Below are positions 1 to 11,850 of a DNA stretch of 64,000 bases, piece after piece (the first letter of the stretch is position 1; each line of letters begins with the position of its first letter). The notes under the pieces are model-generated. The model was given only the letters and a program-made list of their open reading frames with translations. It ran no database searches and had not been told where the DNA came from. Origin of the DNA: Raillietiella orientalis (taxonomy: Eukaryota); assembly GCA_036172245.1 (NCBI GenBank), contig JAYWIR010000003.1:2542001-2606000 (forward strand), written 5' to 3'. A program made the position numbers and the translations under genes.

Positions 1-3000
1 CTGTGCTCGAAGCGGCCGCGTCCCAACGCCCCTCCGGCTATCGTCCCGACGACGCGTGGAATTTCGGACCTGCGCGCGCACCCGCTCTTCCTCGCTAGGA
101 CCGGTGAGCTCTGCTGGATGCGCTCCTGGCGCTAACGGGAAAGGCAGGTCATCGGAGGATTCTGTTTATTTAATGCATCCCTCCCACTGGAACCGCGGCT
201 AATTAGGGGGAGATTTCTTTATGACGGGGAGATGCGTCGGGCGGGGAGGGAAGAAATCCCGAATGAGAGGCCTGGAGGGCGCGTTCCGCGTCTGGCGAGC
301 GGCTTCAAGGAAAGAGCTCCCACCGTGCAACGGCGTCACCCTTGCTCCTCAGACGTCCCTAAGCCTGAGAAATGAACGTCTCTTCACGTTTTCCCTCCCG
401 GCCGTCTTGACGAAGGGGAGGAGGAGGAGAAGGAAGAGGGATGGTAGAAGACCTTCTTGGACGTCGGTATCTCTCTGCTTCCGAGCAGCACGGGGAATCA
501 ACGAAAAAGCGGAGAAGGGAGCCGTCCCCAAAGATGCGTGCGTGAGAGGGCGCGAAGTCTTGGTGTTGCTCTCGTGGGCGGGCGAAAGCAGTGCTTCTGG
601 TCGTCAAGAAGAGCGATTCACTCCTCGGGTTGTCGTTGCCTTCCCCTACGCTGCAAACCGTTAAGCACGTACTGCCACCACCGCCACACGCTTCCTGCTC
701 GAGAGCCAGGTCGCAGTGGGTCGTGGTATCCAGGGAAACGTGCAGGACATGACCGTTCGGTAAGAACGTGTTGAACCGATTCCCCTTGAATTTTCTCGGC
801 TGCTTAGCGCGCAGCTGTCTGTACGCCGGCCCTGGAGGACACTTCGCCGGAAGACCTTTCCCCAGCGGCAGCTGGGATTTCTTTTTGTTTTCAACTCTGC
901 ATCTACAGCAGGGGAAGGAACGAGGATCAGAGTTTTGGTTCCGAACCACGCTGTGGCGTACGCGAACTGGGTGTTTTGATAAGGTGCGCTCCTCGTGAAG
1001 GACGCCTCCACCAGGACGCTTGGTTTCCGCTGACAACCAATGCTTCCCTTATCCAGAGAAGCTCCGTGAGCTTTCGTGTTCGCAGAGCCGACGTGGCGCA
1101 GCTTGGACTCGCTACCCTGGTGTCTTTCGAGTTCGGAAAGCAAATCTAGCCCAACTCACTGCTTCCAGAAATTCTTTGGCGAAGGACTCCCTTCACCTTT
1201 CGGAGCTTTTCGGCAAGGCGCCCACCGCCAGGTGCCGCTACTTCTTGTACATGTTGCTTATGGAACACGCGGAGGTGTGCTTATGGAACAAACGAGAACC
1301 GACTCGAGGGTAACAGGCAAGCGGACCTCAAAGCAAACTTTTCCTGAATTCCTCTGGGCCTTCATATGTGCCATCCCCAAAGAAAAGAAGGAACCTGCAA
1401 GAGGTCCTCCGATTTATTGGGTTTTTAGTTTCTCAGTGTTTCTGCAGCCCACACCATACTGCATCTACCTCGAGAGCATGTGCGGCGAATGAGAGATGAC
1501 GTAAGCGGTCAATGTTTCATGGAAACACCCAAAATTGGGATCAGGATGTTAGAAATAAGTGGGAGCATCCCTTTCGCCTGCTTCAAACCGGCTATCGGAG
1601 ACCCCTTGAGGAGCAGATGCGATACCCATAGTCTGTGCATTCGAAACTGCGCCGAAGACATCCCTTCCGTGGATGCGGCAACGCAAGAACGGAAGGGGAC
1701 CGTGGCACGGATAAGTCACATCTGAAGGGAAAAAAAATTTGGCGCCCAGGAACACCCCTTGCACTTGCAGAACTCCTTGAGAGACCAAACTCTTTCCGTC
1801 TCCAGAGGCAAACTTTGATGCCAAGGCGAGGAAGGAATGATACCATTTCGAATGGTCCGAGCCATGGTCCTCTTGCATTCTTGGATTGTTCTTGATTAAT
1901 ACTTATTCATCTCATGGGCGTTCGCTCTCGGAGAAGGAGATTAAGCGACCTTGAATCCTTTCAGACGTTTTGAGGCTCAGCAGTTCGAGGAAGAACGCCA
2001 CCTACGCACGCTTTCGCGTTAAGCTCGATTTTCAGAATGCAGCGTTCTTCTTTAGCATTACGGAGTAAGAGGTGATGTATGGACATTCCGGAGCCTACCA
2101 TAGCAGAAGATGCAAGCGCGAAGGAACTTGCTGCAACGCAGCGGTCTCTTCTGATTCCGTATCCTTTCGTTTCTGCTCGTTTGGTTGGAAAGACATTGCG
2201 GCTACTGTAAGGAAGAATTCGCAGGGAGCTCCTCACTGGGCCAGAATTGAGCAGGATCTAAAGTGGACTGTGGTTGTGAGCTGCAGATCAGCATGAACCA
2301 GTTGTAAGACGGGGTGTCTGCGGACTGGAGGTTTCGCAGGACGCGTGTCCATTGTCCTTCAGGACGCTGTTAAAACTCCGGTGCTAGGTCTTCGCGCGGG
2401 TCCATTCTGCTATTGCCGTTTGTGTTAATATTCGATGGACGGATCCCGTAATATAACGAGGGTTGTACTCGGCATAGGCGGAACATCGTGTGGACTAATG
2501 CACGCACCTTGTGCCACAAACGGGAGTATCGTGCTGCCTGCAGGAGGTGGTACGACAACGTTCCGGTCAGCACTGGCGGAGGTCGAGATCAAGAAAGTCT
2601 AGAGTCGCCGAAGACTTGTATCCGTTAGGGCGGAATCAAAGGTGAGCCTCATAGGTCAGACTCGGTGAGAGGTGCTCTTCACGGTTGCGCCGGAGTGCGC
2701 CAAAACGGGAACGGGGCTCTGTGGCATCACGTTGAGGAGGGATGGGAAGCAGGCGCTGCTGCAAGGGCAAGCCGGATGATTCAAGAGACAGTTAAGCAGG
2801 GAGGCGGACGCGAGCCAGTGTCGAAATCCCGAAAAAGCGGAAATGCGAAGAAGAACAAAAAAACACGTCACACGGATCCTGTTTTCCCGCCACACAAATT
2901 CGCCTCCTTATCTTCAGGTGAAATCAGCTTCCAAACCGCTAAAAGACAGCAACGAGACTTTGAGATCCCGGCGGCCTTGGAGATCACAAGAAAACCTAAG

Positions 3001-6000
3001 GCTGCTTGGATCGAAGCGATGCCAAGGAAGTGGGCAAAACATTTTCCCATATTTACAGCCTTGTTGTGAAAAAACGTGGACTTCTTCATCAGCCCTTTGC
3101 AGCTTCCCGATCCCGAGAATGGCAGCTTCCGAGAAGCGTGTTTCGGAGGAACGAGATGCCTCGCGGATGCTGTCGTCGTTCTAAATAGAGGGGGCTCATT
3201 TCTCGATGCAACAACCCATTTGTTCGGAGCAACCGCATTTCGAAATTTAGAATGGAAGTTTCTGGAATGTTAGCTGCACGAGCCCAACATGAGGTCGCTT
3301 CCGTGCCTTCCAGGAGCTGAGTTTGAAAAGCGCTGGGAGAGAAGGTCTGGCAAAGAAAGGCAGGAAAAGCATTTTCGATAATTCGAGAACGGGATTTCGA
3401 GGTAATGAAGAGATCAGCAATTGCATCTGTCTTCTCTGAACCATCCTCCGGGAACAATTTATCACTTCATCCTTTGCTGTTTTGTCACTTGGTTCCCGGA
3501 ATTTCTGTGAGTTTCCTATTTGCAGCGCAGGGCGATTGCTGCCGTTGAAATCGAAAACAATTTTCGAACAATTTTTCGAAATCGCCTGAGCGATTTCGAA
3601 ATGCAAAACTCCGAAAAGGGTGATCTACAACTCATTAGTGCAGCGACCACATCCGCTCTTTGTTCGTCGGCTCCGAAATTTATACAGGAGTGTTCCTGAA
3701 ACGCTCAAGGCGGCAGGGTTAGCTCGCGCGTTGGCTCTCGGGAAAGAAGCGGTGCTCCTGGGCTGGAACCGGGATCCGCTCCGACCACCAAGAGGGGCCG
3801 CGCGCGGGCCGGGGAAGGGAGAGGGGAGGTAAAGGGGAGGGGAACGAAAAAGGGGAACGAAACGCATCGATTGCTGAGGTCTTCTACACGGACCTCTCAA
3901 GGACAATCACTCTTTCGGCCATTGTCTATTGAGGGATTCGATCCGCGCCAGCACCACAATCACCCGAGTTCGACGTACGTTTTTTTTCTCCTCCCGACCT
4001 TTCGCGCATGCGCTTTGAAAACGAGTTCCTGACAGAAGCTAAGGCAAAAAAATTCTTCACGGGATGGGAACCAACGCGAGTGAAAGAGTGTGCCAATGTA
4101 TTAAGACCGCAATTGATACTTAGATAACGCTAGTCGATACCATGGTAATATCCTCCTGGAAAGAACACTCCTAAAGCGCGGTAACCCGGTAATACGAAGG
4201 AACATCTTTCTCCTCCCAGCAAAAGGCGACGCGTTCCGAGTGCTTTGCTGCCTCCCTCCGCAGTCTTGCTTCGCTTACACTGGAGATTACGCTCGATGGC
4301 TGGAATTCCGGAAGGAGATACGAAGATTAGTGAGTCGGCAATTTGAGGAAGAAATTTCGAAGATAAACTGTGAACCGAGAGAAGGGAACCGCGACCGAAA
4401 TTTTCCCTCTCGCAGTCACATCGCCGCGCAGCACTTCCTAGGTAAACAAGTCCTCCGCGATTCGTCTTCGTCACCGGGATGGATTCGCTGAAGATGAACT
4501 ACCGGGGCTTGAGGAGACCCGTGCAAGATCTATTGGCGCGGGCGTGTCACGACACTGCGTCCTTTGTCGGAAAAGGGTTCAAAGCTGTTTGCAAGAGTCA
4601 CCAAGGTGGGGTGTCGCCACGTATGCAACGCCTTTTTTTTTTTTTTTTTTTTTTGTCTTCGGGGAAAGCGAGTTCGCATTGTGGGAACGTGAAAGAGGCC
4701 TCTTGGAAATTCTTCCTTCAGCCTGATTTTCGGAACACTTGCCTCCGACAGCGTGCTTCAGATAGCGTGTGAGTTATTGGGTTTCCTAGGTGATGGTTCC
4801 TTTGTCATTGTCTTTTCTACTGATGCCATCTCCAGCCAAGCCTCACCTCGATGCGAGCGGCAAGAAAGACTATTGAAAAAGTTTCGATCTAACGACGGTC
4901 GTCTGCGCACGAGCATCCATTAGAATTCAATAAGCTCACATCCGTAGAGGGTCGAGATGAGGAACGGAGCGTGCGAGAATTCTTCTTTTGTTTACATCCG
5001 AATTTCATTCGCGTTCGGTGCGTGCGGGGAACAAACAGTTGAAAGGCTTCCTATTCGTGAAAGACTTAGCCGTAGGGGAATCCATTCGCTCCCTTACGAA
5101 AGGAGCACAAATCCCCCCACTCGCCCTGATAGCCAATGGGAGTGCGGCTGTGCGGCAATTGTGTTTACCATCAATAGGAGCCTTCGGAAGTTTTTATTCC
5201 CAGAGCTGACGAATTCAGGGCAAAAAATAGGGCCCCTATAGGAGCGGGGACCGGCAGCTGGAGAGCTTTTCACCTGTAGATTTTTTTTTTTTTTTTTGAG
5301 CATGGTAAACCCATTAGTTAGTAGGATGGCGGTAGTTAGGAGGACGATTAGATATGAGTTGGGTGCTCTTCGTAGAGTTTTCGATCTTGAGGCTAGACGA
5401 TAGATCGGACGCCACGCGGGTAAATATGAAAACTCTGTTGATTTTTTGAGGTCAGGACCACGAACATGTATTGCTTGTTTTGTATATATATTTTCTTTTT
5501 GTGCGTTCCTTCGAGTTGCATGGAGGATTTCGCGCGCGGTCCAGCGTCTCCTCCGTCGGGCAGGGGCGCTGGAATCTGAGCGAGATGCAGCCTCGTCCGC
5601 TGATGAGTTTGAGGGAAACTTCGAAAAGCCGCGAGCGGCTTTCCTTCTTCGGGAGCTGAGTTTTAGCGGGAGAGGATGGGCTGCGGATTCCCGGAAGGAT
5701 AACCATCTTTTCACGCGATCTTTGCATGCCTTGCATCCGCATGCAGCTCACAGATGCGATTCTTAAGAGACGATCCAGCATCCGCAACAAGCATTCCTCC
5801 AGCAGCCTTTACAAGCATGGACCTTGCTAGCTATCTCGTGCGGGTTCATTAAGGGTCCGTGGAATGCAGGCTGTAGATGGAACCGAGCTGTAGGCAGTCG
5901 ATTACAGCGGAATACCGCAGAAATTGTCACCAGCGTGCTGTATGGTGCGTTTTCCTTTTTTTTTTTTTTTTTTTTTTCTTATAAGTTTTTCAACTTTCTT

Positions 6001-6837
6001 TGAAACAGAGAGGACGAAGAGGAAAAAAAGAAAAGAAGAAGAAGAAGAAAAAAAAAGGAGGAAAACCCGCTTTGAGAACATTCTTCCCAGAAACAAGTAC
6101 TTCGTTCTTTCTCAGCAAGTTGCCCTTTGTGCACTTTGAATGAGAGGAGCAAAAAAACTTGCTACATGAAACTGAGCGCCCAGAGGGAATTAAATTATCG
6201 ACCACTACAGCACTACTGATTCCGTTGGCGGAAAGGAATTCAGTCAACCAAATCTCAAAAGACACTCTATTTTCTTTTTCATTCATTCATTTACTTATTT
6301 TTATTTATTTATTTATTTATTTATTGGGGGTGAGAGGGGTTAGCTACCTTTCTCAAGCTCGCTCGTGGCAGCCTCCCTTTTTTTTGTTCTTTTCCTTTTT
6401 TCCCCTTTGGATTTGCGTCCAAGTACTGCTGCTGCTGCGAATTTTTTTGCGAACGAAGAGGCGTTTCTTCCCGAAGACAAAGGTTGATGCATGCGTGATG
6501 GGAGAACGTGAGTGATAGCCGTTACTGTTTCATACACGGAACACGAAGGAGATTTGTCGGTACAAACTTGATCCTTCCTTTATTTATTCTCAAATAATAA
6601 ATTATCTTCCGCTTTTATTCATTTCGAAGAAGAAGAAGAAGAAGAAGAAGGGGGGGGAGGGAAAAGGAAAGAAAAAAAAAAAAAAAAAAGAGAAAACAAA
6701 ACCGAGAGCTTCAATGAATTTACGGAAATGGCGCAGATACAAACTTTGCAGGCGGATCAGGAAAATGCACGAGAAATCTGCTTTCCTTTTTTTCCCATAG
6801 GAAAAATTTGCTCCGCTCAAGATGGAAACGCTTCGCT

Positions 6838-6854
6838 CCATAAATCACTTGTCA
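6838..6854 (-). promoter_or_regulatory. Composite Hth-Exd-Hox-type binding site
   Basis: Minus strand TGACA-AG-TGATTTATGG: a Meis/Hth core next to the canonical Exd-Hox (Antp/Ubx/Abd-A class) site, inside an AT-rich block. Confidence 0.5.
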
Positions 6855-9800
6855 TGCATGAAAGCGAATGTGTACAATTGGATTAGTCAAGAAACGCATT
6901 TGTCCTGATAAAACTTCCAGACGTCGCAGAAATCGCTCCTGGAACCCAAGAAGTTATTGATTTTTACGTTTGATGGGATTAAACCCTTTGAAATTGAATA
7001 AACTAATGTGCAGAGATGGAATGCTGTACGTGACGCGTGTGCGCTGATGCTTGAGGTCGCAGCACAGCATCATCAGGATGCAGCTTCCTGAGGGCGCACT
7101 CATCGTACTGAGCTAGAAGGATGCCGGTAGCCGGTCGCAAGCCACATGGCATTCAGCTGAATCATCCGATCTTCTCGCAGTTGGGGTCGTACCAGGGAAA
7201 ACCTCCTTGCTTGAGACCTTCCAGAAAGTACCGTTGCTTGCGTTAAGAATCCACGCGTGGTGCCAGTCGTGTACAGCATCGTTGTACGTTCGCGCAACAT
7301 CTTGTGCGGCGGAGTGCAATTCCATGACACAACACGTGTTGCGTCGTCTTGAGAGCGACTTTCGAGGGCGTGTGCGTTAGCACTGACGGATCCCGCGCAC
7401 GTCCGGCCGGCATACTTTCACCACCTCTACACCAATTCAGCACGAATCCCTGGGAGTGTCCCGAATGGAAAGCGTCAGGAGAGGTTTTCCCTCCTCAGTT
7501 CGATGATCCGGATCCACAGATCCACTGGAACCCAAGCAGGCTCCTGGAAGCGTGCTTCCCGAGTCCCCGGGTTCACCAGGGAGGGCAGCGCGTTTCTTTC
7601 GTTGCCGGGCGACCGCAAATCGCCTTTAATTTGAAGCAGGACGCAGCTAATTAAATTGCGGGGATTTTTCGGCAGAGGCAGCTCGGAAACAAGCGACTTT
7701 CGAAGCGAAAGGCGAACTTCGAGGCCGCATCTGGTTTCCAGGTCTCGGAGGCATGGAAATGCTCTCGCTGCGACAAGATCACGTTCTTGAAACATTCAGT
7801 TTCAAAAGTTGCATTTGATTTTTTTCGAGGGAACGAGACCACTTGTGGATTTGCGTCTCACTTCGGAGTGCGTACGCAATCCGGCTTCCTTGGCAAGCGG
7901 ATTGCTTTCCTCGAAAGGTGTTTGGGGGTGGGTGGGCGGCAACCGCTCTTCAGCGCCACTGCGGCAGCGTTCCGTCTGGAACTCCGGCATGTATTAATAA
8001 TGAAGGAGTAAAGCGCCAGAAGAGCTGCATCAGGGATGATAAGTTTTCCATCTGCTGATGGCGGTCGCACCTCCATTGCATTGATCGCGAGAGAACAGCT
8101 ACTGTTTGCTTGTCGGAAGAAGCACGCAAGGCATGATGAACGCCTCGAGCAGAGCAAGCGTCAGCAAAACTCGGTGGCCCCGAAGTTGCCATCTTCTTTC
8201 GGTAACCGATTATTGACTCCATCCTGAGCTCGCGAATTCCAGAAAAAGGCCGTGCATGAACTCATCAGCGAGTCTGATGCAGTTCGCATCTTCCAAAGGA
8301 TTCTCAGGACGAAGCACAAGCGGAACTGTGATCGACCACAGCTCTGTTTCTTTTGTTCTTTTTTCCAGCGAGGTTTCCTAAGTGATTTAATGGGGATGGT
8401 GATTTTTGATAGGCTGTAATAACGCGTCAGCTGCAGCTGCAGGAGCAATTAAACTGTACACTGGAACTGCGGATCATTGAGACACAAATCTCCGAAGAGA
8501 TGTGAGAACGTAGTTCTTGAAATGCTGGTGCATGGTTCGGCGAGCAGTCCTCTAAGCTTGCAAGGTTGATTTTTCTGCGTAATTTTCTTTGCAAAGCGGT
8601 TATCTTGTTGCTAACTGATGAGGAGAGATGATGCTCGCGATCGAACGCGGTGAACCGAACGCATAATCCAACCATCTCCCTCAAGATGGGCATAATCCAA
8701 GTACTTGAATTCCCACATGTCACGAATCTCCTGATGCTCGCGTATTCGCCTTCGCCCTTTATGTCTGTCCGTTGTTGAACTTGACTGTCTTCCTCAAAAA
8801 GAGATTAGTGAACTTAAGGCCAGCATGATAACATGATCACATTGGATGCTGGGAGGCGGTTTATTAGAACCGAAACGTGTCAGAGACCCACTCAGTTAAA
8901 GGCATGACTTTGAGCTAATTGGTTTCGTCTGCAAGTTTCCAAGCGATGCCCGGTTTATGGCATTCTGCAAGAGCGCATGAACCGCGTTCCCATCGCTTTT
9001 ATTTTTGGTATTTTTTCTTTTTTTTTCTTTTGCCCAAGTGAACGCATTCACTCACCGCGGATCTCAGAAGCACGGATTTGCTTTCGTGAAACGCCAGAGA
9101 ATAATGGCGGGTGGAAATTATGCGTTATCTGGGACCCCGCCGCTTTGGCATCCATTAGGCAGTGGCCGCCACCCCAATAGACGCAGAGAAGCCAAAAAAT
9201 TGCAGCATGTGTTGCCCTGATGCACAAGTAAGTCTTACATCAGTTGCGCCCGAAGAACGTGGCTCCAGGAAAACCTTTTCGAAATTAAGTTACTGGATTA
9301 CGGCAGCATCCAGGGAGGCCTCTCCCTCGCCTAAGCTGAGCCCCGATGTTCCCCGTCCCTCGCTTCCACGCTTTCCCCGACCTAGGGCACTGTAGGCGAG
9401 AACCCGCGTTTTGCAGCCTGGACCGTGATAGGTGGAACGCGAGGAAGAATCCCGGATTGTGGGCCTGGGAGTTCCTGGTCTTCCGAGGCTCGTGCGAACG
9501 CGCATCCGGTCCCCACGCCCTTCGCGTCCCACAGTCCAGCAGTATTTGCCACGAGGGGAATTCCAACGCAAACAGAACGAACCCCCTCGGATCGAATACG
9601 CTTCCACGGGCTGCACACGTCGCAGTCGTGGGTTCTCTGCGAGGGGGCCGTGCCCTTTCATTTTCCAGTGGATGTGTTAGATGACGGAGAGTGGTGTTGC
9701 TAGGGTGACTCTTGGCTAAACCTAAGCGTGAGTTTCGTGCCAGGGGAGCGAGTCTTTCATTGCCGTCAGAGAAACCCCAGGAAACACGTTCGTATCCTCC

Positions 9801-11774
9801 CCATCGGGGGAAGGATCGTGACGTGTGTGATGCAGGAAATCAATATGGAAAAATCGTGGGATCCCACAGGACCGAAGCTGATGACCTATTCACTCTTTTC
9901 ACTGAAAATGTGTACGCCGTTGAGGACTTTGTGCCGTTCTCATTCGCTTTAACAAGGGAGGGCTTCGACCACCCCACCATGACGAGACGGGGAAAAAAAT
10001 GGCCGTGGTCGCGCTGTGGAAAGAAAAAAAAAAAAAAAAGACAAACATACACCCGCAAGACACCTCCAGAGAGACGCACTTCAGGTGTTTCTATTTTCGA
10101 TAAGCAATGCCGTCAAAGGAATCGGCAATGCCAAAATGGCGTAACTGCGAACGAACGAACCGATCTGTTATTCTGTGGGTTTTCCTACATCGGAAGGGCG
10201 AAACCGAATTTCCAAAGGAAATTTACTTTTGTCGAGAGCATTCCAATGATTTAGTTACCAACTAAATGCTTCCCCGGATTCGGTTTATTTGCTAACTAAT
10301 CAGATTTCTGGCACATCTCTTATCTGAACGCTGATATCGATAGCATGCGCAGGGATAGACAAAGAAGAAGTACTATATAGCAAAATTTTTCGAGAAAGTT
10401 CCGCTATACAAGAGAAATGAATTTGGGAACGATGATATACGGTTATGAGTTCAGGAAGTTTGAGAAATTATTAAAGGCAAAGGAAATGCCAAGCGAAAGA
10501 GAAGGGGAGCTATTTCTACAGCTCTGGCGAACTTTCTGATCATATTAGGCTCCTGTCTTTATCTGAGATAATGGAACTGGCTCTTCTGGAGCTAAGCGGG
10601 AGACATCTCAGATTGATGGACTGCTCGCGTTCACGGTAGCAATTGGAATCTGATTTCCATGCATAATTATAGTTCTTTCCTTGATGTACGCGGTGATCTC
10701 GCCGAAACGAGGCAGTTGCCAAGAGCAAAGCGTCTGGAAATGTTTATCGCCCGCAAGCACACCGAGAATGGTCCAGAAATTTTTACGCTGGCGTGATTAT
10801 GAAGGCTCGCGAGCGATAAACGCTCCGGTGGAAGCTCATCCAAACTGTATTCTTTTCTTCGTTTGCTTTCTCGTGCTTTTTTTTTTTTCGCAGACATTAG
10901 CTCAACTTTCGGTTTCATCACGGTTTAATTAACAGAATCATGGAATGCTCATCCAGGAATTTCAGATAGCATCGACAGCAGCTTCCTACCGCTTGATGCA
11001 GCTGCGCAAGTTATTTAGGAGAGGGATCCTTAGGCGATTTCCGCGGATTTTCGCCGTCCCCACTTGATGGGAACTTAAATCATGTGGAGGTTTTTTTTTT
11101 TTTGTTGTCGTTTTTTTTTTCGTTTTCTTCTCCGGAATGATCCGCTGAATTTCATCTCGTTGGGAAACGCATATCGCACCGCCAACCAGCTCCAGCGTCT
11201 CATCGTCTTCCCGTTAGGAGAAACGCTGAAGAGTGGGGCTGCAAAAGCCTACCCGCCCCGTGGCAGAAAGTAGTCAGAAGCCGGTGGGTTCCTTCCGTCC
11301 CCGACTTGCGTGTGCTCCTGCACACAAAGGCTATCAGGGGCCCCATGGGCGGCGGTTTCAAACGGTATCAACACCTTCACGATGGAGGAACACGGTGATG
11401 AAGCTTAGGAGATTTGAAACACACATGTCTGATCTTTCGTAATGGATTTTAAAGACGGAAAGAGCTCATCACGGATGCCAGTTCGGCGCCAAATTACCCC
11501 ATCTTGCATCATTCACGATGAAGAAGCATTCCGCAGTTTACTGATATTAATGGGAATGTTTTTTTTTTTTTTTTTATTCCCGGTGATTGAACTGAAGTAT
11601 CAATTTTGCGGATCGACGCGCGAGTGTGTGCCTCGACTGAATGATCCTGAGATTATTAAGGATCTCATCTTTGGTCCGAAGGAGCGAAATTTGCTCGGGA
11701 AAACTTCCACCAGAGGTGATCGACTGTGGCACATGGGGGGAGTCGCGCATGAAGCGTTCTTTTTTTTGAGGTGA

Positions 11775-11804
11775 GTGCGTGCGTGCGTGCGCGCGCGCGC
11801 GCGC

Positions 11805-11847
<43 letters not shown>
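11775..11847. repeat. Compound microsatellite (GTGC)n-(GC)n-(GT)n, alternating purine-pyrimidine
   Basis: Directly visible; about 70 bp of alternation with one interruption at 11806. Confidence 0.95.

Positions 11848-11850
<3 letters not shown>

Noticed and set aside
3574..3601. 12-bp perfect hairpin tttcgaaatcgc-ctga-gcgatttcgaaa
   Set aside because: Built from TTCGAA, which is very common in this sequence; no supporting context.
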